In this document: piece by piece, positions 48,471-59,435 of the stretch
Numbering within the stretch: position 1 is the stretch's first letter
How the letters are laid out: the number at the start of each line of letters is the position of its first letter
Source of the DNA: an uncultured delta proteobacterium
GTDB lineage: Bacteria; Desulfobacterota; Desulfobacteria; Desulfobacterales; JAHEIW01
Direction of reading: 5' to 3'
NCBI GenBank assembly: GCA_963706575.1
Contig: CAVPNL010000004.1
Span: 352,001 to 416,000, forward strand
DNA length: 64,000 nt
Translations under genes and position numbers: made by a program
Notes under the pieces: model-generated
The model's input: only the letters and a program-made list of their open reading frames with translations
Told to the model about the DNA's origin: nothing
The model's database searches: none

Positions 48471-49181
48471 TTGCTTCTTGAGGTTAAAGACATCACGGTG
48501 CATTACTTCAAGGTACCCGCCATTAGAAACATTTCAATAACCGTAGATGATGGTGAAATCGTTGCGCTTATTGGGTCGAACGGAGCCGGCAAAACGACCA
48601 CCCTACGCGCCATCAGCGGTTTGAAACACCCCACTACGGGAGAAATCCACTTCAAGGGTCAGAGAATAGACAAGCTGCCTCCGTATAAGATAAATGCCCG
48701 GGGTATTGCCATGGTTCCCGAAGGAAGACGGGTCTTCCCTCAAATGACGGTGCTGGAAAACCTCTTAATGGGTGCTTTTTTGCGCAAGCAAAAGGACGCT
48801 ATACAAAAAGACTTAGATGAATTGGTCTTCAGGCATTTCCCGCGCCTCAAAGAAAGAACAACGCAGGATGCCGGTACCTTAAGCGGGGGTGAGCAACAGA
48901 TGCTGGCTATGGGACGCGCGCTCATGTCTGCGCCCAAACTGCTCCTTCTGGATGAACCTTCTCTGGGTCTGTCACCTATCATGTGTGGAGAAATTGGAAA
49001 AATCATTATGAATATCCATACCGAAGGCAGAACCGTCATCCTGGTAGAGCAAAACGCCCGTCTGGCCCTGGGGCTGGCCCAATATGCCTATGTTATCGAG
49101 ACCGGCGATATCGCTCTATCCGGCCCGGCTAAAGAGCTACGTGAAAACGATAATGTGAAAAAAGCCTATCTGGGGGGTTAA
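48471..49181 (+). CDS. livF: Branched-chain amino acid-type ABC ATPase
   Basis: GSNGAGKT, VPEGRRVF, LSGGEQQM and VEQN motifs. Confidence 0.9.
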   Translation: MLLEVKDITVHYFKVPAIRNISITVDDGEIVALIGSNGAGKTTTLRAISGLKHPTTGEIHFKGQRIDKLPPYKINARGIAMVPEGRRVFPQMTVLENLLMGAFLRKQKDAIQKDLDELVFRHFPRLKERTTQDAGTLSGGEQQMLAMGRALMSAPKLLLLDEPSLGLSPIMCGEIGKIIMNIHTEGRTVILVEQNARLALGLAQYAYVIETGDIALSGPAKELRENDNVKKAYLGG

Positions 49182-49202
49182 AAACCTAGCCAGATAAATA
49201 TT

Positions 49203-49239
49203 AAAAACCGCCTAAATTTATTGACTAGGCGGTTTTTTT
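49203..49239. terminator. Bidirectional intrinsic terminator
   Basis: AAAAACCGCCTA...TAGGCGGTTTTTTT between convergent genes. Confidence 0.85.
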
Positions 49240-49262
49240 GTAACTGTAATTATTTTTTTTAT

Positions 49263-50243
49263 TCAGCCTACTTCCGTTGCCGGCACACCACGCAACTTTT
49301 GCCACTGAGCGACAACCTTCGAGATCAAGCTCTCAATACCTCCGGGTATAAACAGCAGCACAAATATAATGGCAAGACCGAAAAACGCAGGTCTTATCTG
49401 TATTAGCGGGCGTGAGAGTTCGAAAGCGGTATACATCACAGATACCCCAATAATCGGCCCCCAGAAGGTATTGGTACCACCAACAACCACCCAGATGAGA
49501 AGGTATAGCATGGTGTGGATGTCGAACAACTTCGGATCAACGGCGCCCAATCGGTGAACCAGAAGCCCCCCTGCTATACCTGCAATGAAACTGCCGATGG
49601 CACAGGCCAACAGTCTGTGTCGGGGAATATTTATTCCGGTCGACGCCGCCAGACCAGGATCCATGGAGATCGCTTTAAAAGCATCCCCGATCCGCGATTT
49701 TTCTATGCGATACAGCAAATACAGTACAATGAGCATGACCACCAGGCTGAAGAAATAGTAGGGAATCGAATCACTAAAATCGATTCCTCCGATTACCGGC
49801 GGGTAGGGGATGCTGATGATGCCCGTGGAACCGCCAAAGGGGTAGCGAAACTTTAGCCAGGTCAACCTGATGAGCTCCGCCAGCCCAAAAGTGGCGATAT
49901 AAAAGCTCCACCCTGTGGTTCTCAGCAGAATCAAAGTAATCATGACACCAAACAGGCAGGCCATTACCCCTCCCACGGGGATGGCTAAAAAGACCGGGAA
50001 ACCGAAATTCTTTGCCAACATGCCGCTGGTGTAAGCACCGACACCGTACAGGACTACATGATACAGCTGCCAGTCATGCACCGTAACGATTAGGCGGTAA
50101 CTCTGGGCAAGGATGATCCAGATAAAGAAAATCATGGCGACTTCAACCAGATATGGCCTGGCAAAAAAGGGGAACATACACAGCCCTATAATTACGGCTA
50201 CCAACGCCCCAATCCTGAATCTTTCGGTGTTAGTTGGTGACAC
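49263..50243 (-). CDS. livM: Branched-chain amino acid-type ABC permease
   Basis: GAYTSG, GGSTGI and VVGGTNTFWGP motifs. Confidence 0.82.
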   Translation of the reverse strand: MSPTNTERFRIGALVAVIIGLCMFPFFARPYLVEVAMIFFIWIILAQSYRLIVTVHDWQLYHVVLYGVGAYTSGMLAKNFGFPVFLAIPVGGVMACLFGVMITLILLRTTGWSFYIATFGLAELIRLTWLKFRYPFGGSTGIISIPYPPVIGGIDFSDSIPYYFFSLVVMLIVLYLLYRIEKSRIGDAFKAISMDPGLAASTGINIPRHRLLACAIGSFIAGIAGGLLVHRLGAVDPKLFDIHTMLYLLIWVVVGGTNTFWGPIIGVSVMYTAFELSRPLIQIRPAFFGLAIIFVLLFIPGGIESLISKVVAQWQKLRGVPATEVG

Positions 50244-51099
50244 GGCCCAATAATCCCTGCGGTCTGATTGGTAATACGAGAGCCATAACGGTAACCGAAA
50301 CCATTAAGGCTGCGACACCGTCGACCAGCGTCGTAACAAAGGTCATGACAAAGCCCATGATAATGGAGGCTAGAACGACCCCCCCAACGCTCCCCATTCC
50401 GCCTACAATCACCACGATGAGAGCAGGTAGGATAAGGTGGCCTGCCAGCGCAGGCGTTACCGCATATATCGTCGACATCAGCCCTCCTGCTATGCCGGCC
50501 AAGGCACCGGCAATGGCCAGGGCCAGGGCCGTCATCATGTTGATGTTTATTCCCTGCAGCGATGCGGTTTCCGGGTCCTGAGCCACCGCTCGCAGTGCGC
50601 GTCCCAATCTGAACCGGCGCATAAAGATCATGAGCCCGCCTATGCAAACAACGGCAAAGGGTATGACAAGAACCCTTTGGAAGGCCACCGAAGCACCCAT
50701 AATCTTAAAGGGGCGCATATAGGGACTGGGGATCGTCCGCATATGCCCCCACCCCCAGACTTCGCCGCAAAAGACTTCGATAACAAACATGAGTCCGGCA
50801 GTCGCAATAAACCCAGCGACCACATCCCCCCGTAATGGTCGAAAAATAGCTCGCTCGATGGCCAGACCAACGATCGCACCTACCACCAGTGCCGCGGCCA
50901 CTGCTCCCCAAAATGGCCAACCACCCAAGGCATAGAGGGCATATACGGTATAGGCGCCTATCATAAAGACGTGGGCATGCGCCAAATTTGCCATTTGCAT
51001 GACGCCAAAGGCCAGAGTCAAACCCACGGCTATCAAAGCATACATACTACTGGCTGCGACCGCGTTAGCGATGGTTTGGATTAAAAGCTGGCTAGTCAT
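50230..51099 (-). CDS. livH: Branched-chain amino acid-type ABC permease
   Basis: YALIAVGLTL, NLAH, GRALRA and VGGMGS motifs. Confidence 0.85.
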   Translation of the reverse strand: MTSQLLIQTIANAVAASSMYALIAVGLTLAFGVMQMANLAHAHVFMIGAYTVYALYALGGWPFWGAVAAALVVGAIVGLAIERAIFRPLRGDVVAGFIATAGLMFVIEVFCGEVWGWGHMRTIPSPYMRPFKIMGASVAFQRVLVIPFAVVCIGGLMIFMRRFRLGRALRAVAQDPETASLQGININMMTALALAIAGALAGIAGGLMSTIYAVTPALAGHLILPALIVVIVGGMGSVGGVVLASIIMGFVMTFVTTLVDGVAALMVSVTVMALVLPIRPQGLLGRVTN

Positions 51100-51165
51100 A
51101 CGTTACCTCATCACCTGATTGTAATTCCGATAGCAAACTTTGTTAGAAATAACATTTGAAGAAGT

Positions 51166-51203
51166 ATCCACGGGAGCTGGTGCTCAACACCACTCCCGTG
51201 GAT
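51166..51203 (-). terminator. Hairpin after the substrate-binding protein gene
   Basis: ATCCACGGGAG...CTCCCGTGGAT inverted repeat. Confidence 0.55.
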
Positions 51204-51209
51204 TAAGGA

Positions 51210-52676
51210 TTAGCGCTGATCCCACATCTGTCCGCGTTCTCTTACCGCTTTAAGGACGACGTTTTTGATATTCGCATACCAGGGCTCGAAATTCAAATGA
51301 GCCACAATGCGTTTATCTTTGGCCTTGAGATTAAACATGCACATGGGAACAGGCTCTTCGATCATGTTGTCGATACCAAACATCTCCTTACCGCTCATAT
51401 GCCCCGGGCCAAGGATGGTGGGAAACGACGGCAGCTTCCTCAGGGCAGCCAATATGGCATCGTTGGTAGGCCACTTGCCCGGCGTGTCTTTACCGGCAAC
51501 CTGGGCGCCGATGCACCATGGTATCAGCCAGATCATGTGATCCCAATCGATGCCGGTCATGCGGCGTTTAACGTCTTCAGGAGCCCCCGGACCATATCTT
51601 TGGTTCCACACATCGGTAAATGACTTCTGCCAAGATGTTTCACCCCACCAGGGATCATCCATCAAGGGGAAGCTGTCGATGCCGAATTGAGCAGCGGCAT
51701 AGTCTGCCGGGATCTTGGTGAGGTTGGTTTCCCAGTCGGCATAGTTCTGAACAACCACACCCTTATATCCCTGCAGGTACAACTGCTCCCACATCATGGT
51801 TTGGTATTCGGGCCAGGCCTCACACAGGCTGATAACATCAGGTTTGCTCGCCATTACGGCGGTGATTACCGGGGCGAAGTCGGTTTGGTCAACGGCGAAG
51901 AACTCCTCGTAGACGATATCAAACCCCATGGCCTTGGCGGCGCCGATCTCCCATGCGCCAACCTGGCGGGACATGATGCAGTCCTGAGTGGTTAACGCAT
52001 ATTTCAACGGTCTTCCCAGCTCCTTTTCACTGGGCAAAACCATCCTGGCTATCAGGGCATTGAACATGTTGCACTGAGGGGTTATATCTCCGCCGGCGAC
52101 GACGTATGGCTTCTTCGGATCGCAGTCGGTGGGGACCAGGGAAGCATAGACCACTTTGTGCTTGGTGAGGAAGGGTGCGGTGGAGTTGGCAGCATCACCG
52201 CCAATGGCACTAATGAATTTAACATCATGCTCTAGGACCAATTGGCGGGCACCCTGGAGTGCCTTGGCGGCGTTGGCCTCGTCGTCAAAGGCATGCATCT
52301 TCATCGGATATCTTTTGCCACCGACGAGGAGACCACCGGTCTTATTGACGGCATCAATCCAGATATTATTTCCGGTAAGTCCAGGAAGTCCCCACCCGGC
52401 ATCAGGTCCTGACAGCGCGCAGAGGAAGCCGACGTTAATCGCCTCCCCTTTGGGGTACTTTTTTCCTATCTGCTGATCAGGCAGGTGGCTTAAGATAACC
52501 ATTTCGTCTTCGGAAAGCCCGGCGGGCGCAGATGCCGCTACTGAGGGTAACGCTAGTGCCAAGCCTGACGCGGGCCCGGCAACACCCAAAAGTTTTAAAA
52601 ATTCCCTCCTTCCAATTTTTCCTTTCATATATTGTTTATGCAGCCTATCCAATTTGTCTTGCGGATCATGCTTCAT
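51210..52676 (-). CDS. Tat-exported ABC substrate-binding protein (LivK/PBP1 superfamily)
   Basis: GRREFLK Tat motif; LSGPDAGWG, N..GG..VGG and TDFAPVI motifs. Confidence 0.85.
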   Translation of the reverse strand: MKHDPQDKLDRLHKQYMKGKIGRREFLKLLGVAGPASGLALALPSVAASAPAGLSEDEMVILSHLPDQQIGKKYPKGEAINVGFLCALSGPDAGWGLPGLTGNNIWIDAVNKTGGLLVGGKRYPMKMHAFDDEANAAKALQGARQLVLEHDVKFISAIGGDAANSTAPFLTKHKVVYASLVPTDCDPKKPYVVAGGDITPQCNMFNALIARMVLPSEKELGRPLKYALTTQDCIMSRQVGAWEIGAAKAMGFDIVYEEFFAVDQTDFAPVITAVMASKPDVISLCEAWPEYQTMMWEQLYLQGYKGVVVQNYADWETNLTKIPADYAAAQFGIDSFPLMDDPWWGETSWQKSFTDVWNQRYGPGAPEDVKRRMTGIDWDHMIWLIPWCIGAQVAGKDTPGKWPTNDAILAALRKLPSFPTILGPGHMSGKEMFGIDNMIEEPVPMCMFNLKAKDKRIVAHLNFEPWYANIKNVVLKAVRERGQMWDQR

Positions 52677-53145
52677 ACTTTACCTCCTTTCATTATGAGA
52701 TAGTTTTAGACCATTTGGTCTTGGCCCATCATTAAATACAAGGATGCAGTAGACTATGATAATCCATAAATCGAATAGACTATGATCGTAAGCAGTGATG
52801 AAAACCTTGAGCAAACAAAAAAGGTGTGAGACTAGCAACTCCGGCCATGGACCCAAAAGCCTGTTGAGTCTTTGCCATTTTCAAATATCTGAAGAGAGAC
52901 ACATGCTATCCTGAACACGGGGCCATTCGCCGGTAAAAGTCGAAAAGAAAAAACGAAGTAACGTCGTTTTTTGATTCGCAGCACTGCCCACAATGTCCGA
53001 GTCTATCATGCGGTCTTATCAAAGAGGGAAGAAATTCTACCACCTGTTATATCACGCTTTCTGACATGTCAAGATTTTTTGTTTTGATGATGTCTTAATT
53101 CACGGGCCTAAATCATATAAGGTGATTCATTCAGCGACCGATTCG

Positions 53146-55569
53146 CTAACTGAGAATCTTCTTGCGTTGGGGATCATAAAGCGCCCGATTGGGCTCCCGC
53201 CTGGCGGAGAAAATTTCCGTATAGGCCTCTATTTCATAGCCACCGGTATGATCGGCTTCGGCAACGGGGATATATCCGAAGGCTATCGTTTTCCCGACCG
53301 TATAACCGTAGCCGCAGCTGGTGGTCACCCCGATGACCTTGGCGCCACGAATAATCGGTTCGCTGCCGCGAAGCATCACCGGCTCTTTAACATCAAGCGT
53401 AAAGGTGCACAGTTTCCACTTCGGTCCTTGTTCTTTGACTTTGGCCAGCGCATCCCGGCCGAGAAAATCTCCTTTGTTCAAGGCGACGCAAAATCCTATT
53501 CCGGCGTCATAAGGGGTGTACTCAGGAGTCAGTTCGGCGCCCCAGAGGCAATAGCCTTTTTCAAAATGCAGGGAGTTGATGGCCCGGTAGCCGGCATTGG
53601 CAACACCCAGCTCCTGTCCGGCATCCCAGAGGCTCTCGTAAACATCACAGGCAAATTCGGCCGGAACATAAAGCTCGTAGCCCAGTTCACCGACAAAGGT
53701 GACCCGCAAAGCCTTTGTCGGTGCGTATCCCACGGTAATATCCCTGGATTTGCCGAATCTGAATTTTTCGTTGCTTATATCTTCCCGCGTAATTTTTTCC
53801 AAAAGCTTGCGAGAATTGGGTCCAATAACATTGATGACCGCCAGCGCAGATGTCACATCGCGGAATTTAACCGATCCGTCTGCGGGCATATGCCGTTTGA
53901 TCCACTGAGAATCATGCAGACCGAGGGCCGTTCCAGTAACCAGTAAAAATCGGTCCTCAGCCATGCGTGCGATGGTGATATCCGCTTCAATCGTTCCGCG
54001 TGCATTACACAGCTGGGTGTAGGTGACACTGCCAACCGGTTTATCGATGTTGTTGGCTGCCAGCCAGTTTAAAAACGACAGTGCCCCGGGCCCTTCGATT
54101 TCAAATTTGTTAAACGATGATTGATCAATCAGAACGACATTTTCACGCGCCGATTTGTGCTCGTTGCCGACATGTTCAAACCAGTTGGGGATTCCAAATG
54201 TCAGCTCGTCTTGGGGTTCAACACCATCGGGCGCAAACCAGTTCGGCCGCTCCCAGCCGTATTTGGCGCCGAATACCGCGCCCTTTTCTTTTAGCAGGAA
54301 ATACAGCGGGCTGCGCCGGATACCCCTGGCAGAATGATGCTCCTCACCGGGCCAGTGAATGGTGTAATGCTTACCGTAAATTTCCCGTGTCCTTTCGACA
54401 TTATAGGCCCGGCTTTTGTGGTAGGGACCAAACCGTCGGATATCCAGTGGCCAGATGTCCAGGCTCGGCTCTCCCTCGATAATCCACTCGGCCATCATAC
54501 GACCGGCACCCCCACCGGCGGCAATTCCGAAAGCATTGAATCCCACCGCGACGAATACGTTTTCCAGCTCCGGCGCCGGCCCCATGATCGCATCGCCATC
54601 CGGCGTAAAGGCCTCCGGGCCGTTGATTAATTTGGAAATACCGGCCTTTTTAAGGCAGGGTGTGCGGTCCATGGCCGGTTGGGAAAGCTGCATAAAGTGA
54701 TCATGATCGGAATTCAGCAGCTTTGATGTAAAATCATTCGGCACCCCGTCAACGGCCCAGGGGATGCCGTTTCTTTCATACCCCCCCATCACCAATCCGC
54801 CAACTTCTTCCTTATAGTAGAGCAAATTGTCTTTGTCGCGAATGGTCGGCAAATCTTTCGGTATGCCCTCAATCGGGTCGGTAACCATATATTGATGTTG
54901 AAACGGCACAACGGGCGTATTGACCCCCAGCATCTCGCCGATCTGGTAGCCCCACATGCCGGTGCAATTGACAAGGATTTCACACTGAATATCGCCTTTA
55001 TTGGTTTTCGCGGCTGAAACTCGATTTCTGCCGAATTCAAATCCGGTCACCAATGTATCGCGATATATTTTGGCGCCTTGATTACGCGCGCCCCTGGCTA
55101 AAGCCTGGGTAATGCCGGCGGGATCGGCCTGGCCATCTGTCGGCATAAATGCCGCTCCGATGATGCCGTCCAGGGAAAGAATCGGACAGAGGTCATAGGC
55201 TTCCTTGGGGGTAATCATGTGCATTTCCAGCCCGAAGCTGCGGGCAGTGGTGGCACCGCGCTTGAGCTCAAGCATGCGTTCAGGGGTGCTGGCCAGGTGC
55301 AGACAGCCACTTTTCTTCCAGCCGGTGGCCAGGCCGGTTTCCGCTTCGAGTTGTTCGTACAGGCTGACACTGTATTGCAGCATGCGGGTAATGTTCCGTT
55401 CGGAACGCAGCTGACCCACCAAGCCGGCCGCATGCCACGTAGAGCCGCTGGTTAGTTCTCCCTTTTCTATAATGACGACATCTTTCCAGCCCATCTTAGT
55501 GAGGTGGTAGGCTGTGCTGCAGCCGATGATACCGCCGCCGATTATCACGACCTGTGCACTGTCTTTCAT
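53146..55569 (-). CDS. GcvT-family FAD-dependent oxidoreductase (dimethylglycine/sarcosine dehydrogenase-like)
   Basis: GGGIIG, SGSTWHAAG, NGPEAFTPD, GWERP and GELGYE motifs. Confidence 0.92.
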   Translation of the reverse strand: MKDSAQVVIIGGGIIGCSTAYHLTKMGWKDVVIIEKGELTSGSTWHAAGLVGQLRSERNITRMLQYSVSLYEQLEAETGLATGWKKSGCLHLASTPERMLELKRGATTARSFGLEMHMITPKEAYDLCPILSLDGIIGAAFMPTDGQADPAGITQALARGARNQGAKIYRDTLVTGFEFGRNRVSAAKTNKGDIQCEILVNCTGMWGYQIGEMLGVNTPVVPFQHQYMVTDPIEGIPKDLPTIRDKDNLLYYKEEVGGLVMGGYERNGIPWAVDGVPNDFTSKLLNSDHDHFMQLSQPAMDRTPCLKKAGISKLINGPEAFTPDGDAIMGPAPELENVFVAVGFNAFGIAAGGGAGRMMAEWIIEGEPSLDIWPLDIRRFGPYHKSRAYNVERTREIYGKHYTIHWPGEEHHSARGIRRSPLYFLLKEKGAVFGAKYGWERPNWFAPDGVEPQDELTFGIPNWFEHVGNEHKSARENVVLIDQSSFNKFEIEGPGALSFLNWLAANNIDKPVGSVTYTQLCNARGTIEADITIARMAEDRFLLVTGTALGLHDSQWIKRHMPADGSVKFRDVTSALAVINVIGPNSRKLLEKITREDISNEKFRFGKSRDITVGYAPTKALRVTFVGELGYELYVPAEFACDVYESLWDAGQELGVANAGYRAINSLHFEKGYCLWGAELTPEYTPYDAGIGFCVALNKGDFLGRDALAKVKEQGPKWKLCTFTLDVKEPVMLRGSEPIIRGAKVIGVTTSCGYGYTVGKTIAFGYIPVAEADHTGGYEIEAYTEIFSARREPNRALYDPQRKKILS

Positions 55570-55628
55570 AACGCTATTCCTTTGTTGTTACCGGGCAATC
55601 ACTTTAATCCATGTAAACCACGAGTCGC

Positions 55629-55728
55629 ATCCGCAGATTCCGCAGATTAACGCAGATTATTTATAGGTTCACAGCAGCACTAACTGAAATTCTTATCTAA
55701 ATCTGTGAAATCTGCGTAATCTGCGGAT
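55629..55728. repeat. Periodic inverted-repeat element (CGCAGATT family)
   Basis: ATCCGCAGATTCCGCAGATTAACGCAGATT ... AATCTGTGAAATCTGCGTAATCTGCGGAT. Confidence 0.8.
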
Positions 55729-55740
55729 TTAAATTGTTTG

Positions 55741-56829
55741 TTAGCCAAAGTATTCCCGGATGAATTTAAGAAAGCGTTCGTTCTCTTCATCGGTCCCGGG
55801 TGTTACCCTGAAATAGCCGGTTTTGCCGTGGATTTCTCCGATCTTTTTCAGATAGATTTTATCTTCACGGCCGGCATTTAGGATCTCTTCGGTGGTTTTT
55901 CCGGTCATGCTGCCGTCGATTAGCATGTAATTGCCATTCGCCGGGTACGGCTTAAGACCCAGTTTCTTGAGCTCTTCCGTAAAAATAGCCATCCAGCGGT
56001 TGTTGTGCTCCACCTTGGCCTTGACTTCCTCCGGGTTGTCGATGATCGCTTCGGCGGCAGCCGCAGACATGCGGCTCACGTTCCAGGGTAAAAACATCCG
56101 ATTGAAGGCCGCAATCATCTCTTCGGTGCCCAATACAAATCCGAAGCGGACGCCCGCAAATCCATAGGCCTTGGAAAAAGTCACCGACAAAAATACCTGG
56201 GGATACTCCTTGATCAGCGATGCTTTCGAGGGACGGTCCTGGTTGTAATCCAGATAGGCTTCATCCACACACAACGGTACCCCGGTCTCGCAAAACCGAA
56301 TCAGATCCGCATCGTCGATAAATACACCGGTGGGGTTGTTGGGGTTGATTATCAATATCAGTTTCGTGCGCTCGTTGATCGCATTGAGCATCCCATCCAC
56401 ATCATACTGCAGGTCTTCTTCCCTGACCGGAACCTGAACCACCTTCGCATTGCAAAGCTCCGCCCTTGGCGGAAACAACTCAAATGTCGGCGTCGACAGC
56501 AGAAATTCATCTCCCGGCTGCAAAAATATCCGCATCATCGCGTCGATGGTCTCCGATGATCCGTTGCACAGCGTCACATTGTCCGGCCCCAGATCGTACA
56601 TGGCTCCGATTTTTGTTCGCAACTTCAAAAAACTGTCCGGATACCAGTTGCCGTGCCGAAGGGATTCAACCACCGCCTCGATGACCTTTTCCGAAGGACC
56701 GATGGGGTTCTCATTGAGCATCAGGCGGGCATAGTCCGGGTTGGCCATTGCCTGGTCCAAAATGCCTACATTGTACTCCCTGGACGTATACAGCCAGGGA
56801 ACGATCCAGTCTTTAAGTTCTTTTTTCAT
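55741..56829 (-). CDS. HisC-like class I/II PLP aminotransferase
   Basis: LNENP, NGSSE, NPNNPTG, DEAY and TFSKAYG..G.R.G motifs. Confidence 0.88.
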   Translation of the reverse strand: MKKELKDWIVPWLYTSREYNVGILDQAMANPDYARLMLNENPIGPSEKVIEAVVESLRHGNWYPDSFLKLRTKIGAMYDLGPDNVTLCNGSSETIDAMMRIFLQPGDEFLLSTPTFELFPPRAELCNAKVVQVPVREEDLQYDVDGMLNAINERTKLILIINPNNPTGVFIDDADLIRFCETGVPLCVDEAYLDYNQDRPSKASLIKEYPQVFLSVTFSKAYGFAGVRFGFVLGTEEMIAAFNRMFLPWNVSRMSAAAAEAIIDNPEEVKAKVEHNNRWMAIFTEELKKLGLKPYPANGNYMLIDGSMTGKTTEEILNAGREDKIYLKKIGEIHGKTGYFRVTPGTDEENERFLKFIREYFG

Positions 56830-56865
56830 TGTTCTCTCCTTTTTACAAATTTACGAAATAAATTT

Positions 56866-56999
56866 AGGTTTGGAGGTTCAGGGTTCAGTTTTCAAAGGTT
56901 CGGAATTTCCGAATTCAGAAGTAGGGCGGGTCTCTGCGCCCGCCGTTCGGAGGTCGGCACGGAGGCCAATCCTACTTGCTGGCACCTGACACCTGAAAC
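56866..56999. repeat. Heptamer element with nested GTAG-type REP (56921..56975)
   Basis: GGTTCAGGGTTCAG...GTAGGGCGGGTCTCTGCGCCCGCC...GGCCAATCCTAC...CACCTGACACCTGAAACC; near-identical REP to 38396..38450. Confidence 0.8.
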
Positions 57000-58115
57000 C
57001 TATTTTAAAAGCGTATTGATCGGGGTAAGCTTCAGCCCAAAGGCCTCGGCAACCCCTTTATAGGTCACTTTGCCTTTAACCACGTTGGCGCCCAACTTAA
57101 TTTCAGGGTTTTGCTTCATGGCCTTTTTCCAGCCTTTGTTCGCAATTTCCACCGCATAGGGCAGCGTGGCGTTTGTCAACGCCAGGGTAGATGTCTTGGG
57201 TACCGCCCCCGGCATGTTGGCGACGCAATAATGGACGACGCCTTCAACCGTGTAAATGGGCTTGCCATGGGTCGTCGCCTTGGAGGTCTCAAAACACCCG
57301 CCCTGATCAATGGCTACATCCACCAGCACCGCGCCCTTTTTCATCGTTTTCAACATTTCCCGGGTGATCAGCCTGGGTGCTTTGGCTCCCGGGATCAACA
57401 CGGCACCAACAACAACATCCGCCTCCTTGATGAGCCGGCGTACAGTGGTCGGTTTCGACATCAGCAAAAAGCAGTTGGGGGGCATCACATCACTTAAATA
57501 ACGCAACCGCTCCAGATCCATGTCGAGAATATAGACCTTGGCACCCAGACCGCAAGCCATTTTGGCGGCATTGATCCCCACCACGCCGCCACCGATAATG
57601 ACGACCGTCCCCGGGTCGACCCCGGGCACACCGCCCAGTAAAATACCATGACCGCCCTGGGCCATTTCCAGATACTTGGCGCCCTGCTGAATGGCCATGC
57701 GACCGGCCACCTCACTCATGGGAGTGAGCAGCGGCAGAGATCCATCTGTCCTTTGAATGGTTTCATAGGCGATGCTGATAGATCCGCTCTTGATGAGGAC
57801 CCGGGTCAGCTCCTCAGCCGCCGCCAGATGGAGATAGGTAAAAATGATCTGGTCTTTACGGATGAGGTCATATTCGGCCGGCAACGGTTCTTTGACATGC
57901 ATCACCATTTTGGCGCGCTTAAATATTTCTTTGGGGGTGTCTACGATTTCAGCGCCCGCATCCGAATAGACCTTGTTATTAAACCCGCTGCCCCTGCCGG
58001 CATTTTTCTCTACAAGAACCGTATGCCCGTTCTGTCTCATGATCTCTACCCCGGCCGGGGTCATGCACACACGATTTTCTTCAGTCTTGATTTCCTTCAA
58101 AACGCCAACAATCAT
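57000..58115 (-). CDS. ald: Alanine dehydrogenase
   Basis: [35 protein letters not shown] and VANMPGAVP motifs. Confidence 0.93.
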   Translation of the reverse strand: MIVGVLKEIKTEENRVCMTPAGVEIMRQNGHTVLVEKNAGRGSGFNNKVYSDAGAEIVDTPKEIFKRAKMVMHVKEPLPAEYDLIRKDQIIFTYLHLAAAEELTRVLIKSGSISIAYETIQRTDGSLPLLTPMSEVAGRMAIQQGAKYLEMAQGGHGILLGGVPGVDPGTVVIIGGGVVGINAAKMACGLGAKVYILDMDLERLRYLSDVMPPNCFLLMSKPTTVRRLIKEADVVVGAVLIPGAKAPRLITREMLKTMKKGAVLVDVAIDQGGCFETSKATTHGKPIYTVEGVVHYCVANMPGAVPKTSTLALTNATLPYAVEIANKGWKKAMKQNPEIKLGANVVKGKVTYKGVAEAFGLKLTPINTLLK

Positions 58116-58138
58116 GATGATCTCCTTCTAATAAATTT

Positions 58139-58319
58139 GTGTTCCGAGGTTCAGGGTTCAGGGTTCAAAGGTTTGGTATCTGGCAACCACATCTGGCTAA
58201 TGGCTGCTGGTCACTGGTTTCTGGCCAGAAGTAAGAAGCGAGAAGCCAGCGGCCAAAACACCGACCTCTGTCTTCTGTAATCTAACCTCTGAACCTTTGA
58301 ACGCAGAACCATTGAACCC
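58139..58319. repeat. Nested heptamer inverted-repeat element between the two ald genes
   Basis: Outer GGTTCAG/CTGAACC arms enclose inner CTGG../CCAG.. heptamer arms. Confidence 0.75.
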
Positions 58320-59435
58320 CTATTTAAGAAGCTTATTAATCGGCTCATACTTAAGGCCAAAAGCCTCGGCGACCCCCTTATAGGTCACCTTGCCTTCGAT
58401 CACATTGGCCCCGGCTTTAATTTCAGGATTTTGCTGCATCGCCTTTTTCCAGCCTTTACTCGCTATCTCTTCCGCATACGGCAGGGTCGCATTATTCAAG
58501 GCCAGGGTAGAAGTCCTGGGCAAGGCGCCGGGCATATTGCTGACGGCATAATGCACGATGCCGTCTATTTTGTAAATCGGATCAGCATGGGTCGTCTCCT
58601 TCGAAGTCTCAAAGCAGCCGCCCTGATCAATGGAAACGTCCACCAGGACCGCACCTTTTTTCATCGTACCGAGCATTTCCCGGGTCACCAGTGTCGGGGT
58701 CTTGCTGCCCGGAACGAGCACGGCCCCCACCACCAGGTCCGCTTTGGGCAGGATATCACGGATGGCGGCCGGACTGGACATCAGGGTGACGCATTGACCG
58801 GTCATCACATCGCTCAAATAGCGCAGCCGGTCAAGGTCGATATCAAGAATGTAGACTTTGGCTCCCAGTCCGCTGGCCATTTTGGCGGCGTTGATGCCCA
58901 CCGCCCCGCCACCGATAATGACGACGGTGGCCGGATCAACTCCGGGCACCCCCCCCAATAAAACCCCGTGGCCGCCCTGCGCCATTTCCAGGTATTTGGC
59001 TCCCTGTTGAATCGCCATGGGACCGGCCACTTCACTCATGGGGGTCAGCAGCGGCAAGGACCCGTCAGCCTTTTGAATGGTTTCATAGGCAATCGATACC
59101 GCCTTGCGTTTAATCAGCGCGCGAGCTAAATTTTCCGATGCCGCCAGATGCAGATAGGAAAAATAAATCTGGCCCTTACGAATCAACTCAAACTCAAAGG
59201 GCTGGGGTTCCTTAACCCGCATGATCATTTTGGCCCGTTTAAAAATATCTCTGGCTGAATCAACGATTTCGGCCCCGGCTTTCTGATAGGTAGCGTTGCC
59301 GAATCCACTGGCCTTGCCGGCATTTTTCTCGACAAGGATCTTATGTCCATGCTGCCGCATGAATTCAACTCCCCCCGGACTCATACACACACGATTTTCT
59401 TCAGCCTTGATCTCTTTTAGAATTCCAACAATCAT
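58320..59435 (-). CDS. ald: Alanine dehydrogenase paralogue
   Basis: Same motifs as 57000..58115, with SEVAGP instead of SEVAGR. Alternative ATG at 59441. Confidence 0.9.
   Translation of the reverse strand: MIVGILKEIKAEENRVCMSPGGVEFMRQHGHKILVEKNAGKASGFGNATYQKAGAEIVDSARDIFKRAKMIMRVKEPQPFEFELIRKGQIYFSYLHLAASENLARALIKRKAVSIAYETIQKADGSLPLLTPMSEVAGPMAIQQGAKYLEMAQGGHGVLLGGVPGVDPATVVIIGGGAVGINAAKMASGLGAKVYILDIDLDRLRYLSDVMTGQCVTLMSSPAAIRDILPKADLVVGAVLVPGSKTPTLVTREMLGTMKKGAVLVDVSIDQGGCFETSKETTHADPIYKIDGIVHYAVSNMPGALPRTSTLALNNATLPYAEEIASKGWKKAMQQNPEIKAGANVIEGKVTYKGVAEAFGLKYEPINKLLK

Noticed and set aside
55741..56829. Assignment as housekeeping hisC
   Set aside because: Family motifs fit, but the context is catabolic with no his genes, so the symbol was withheld.
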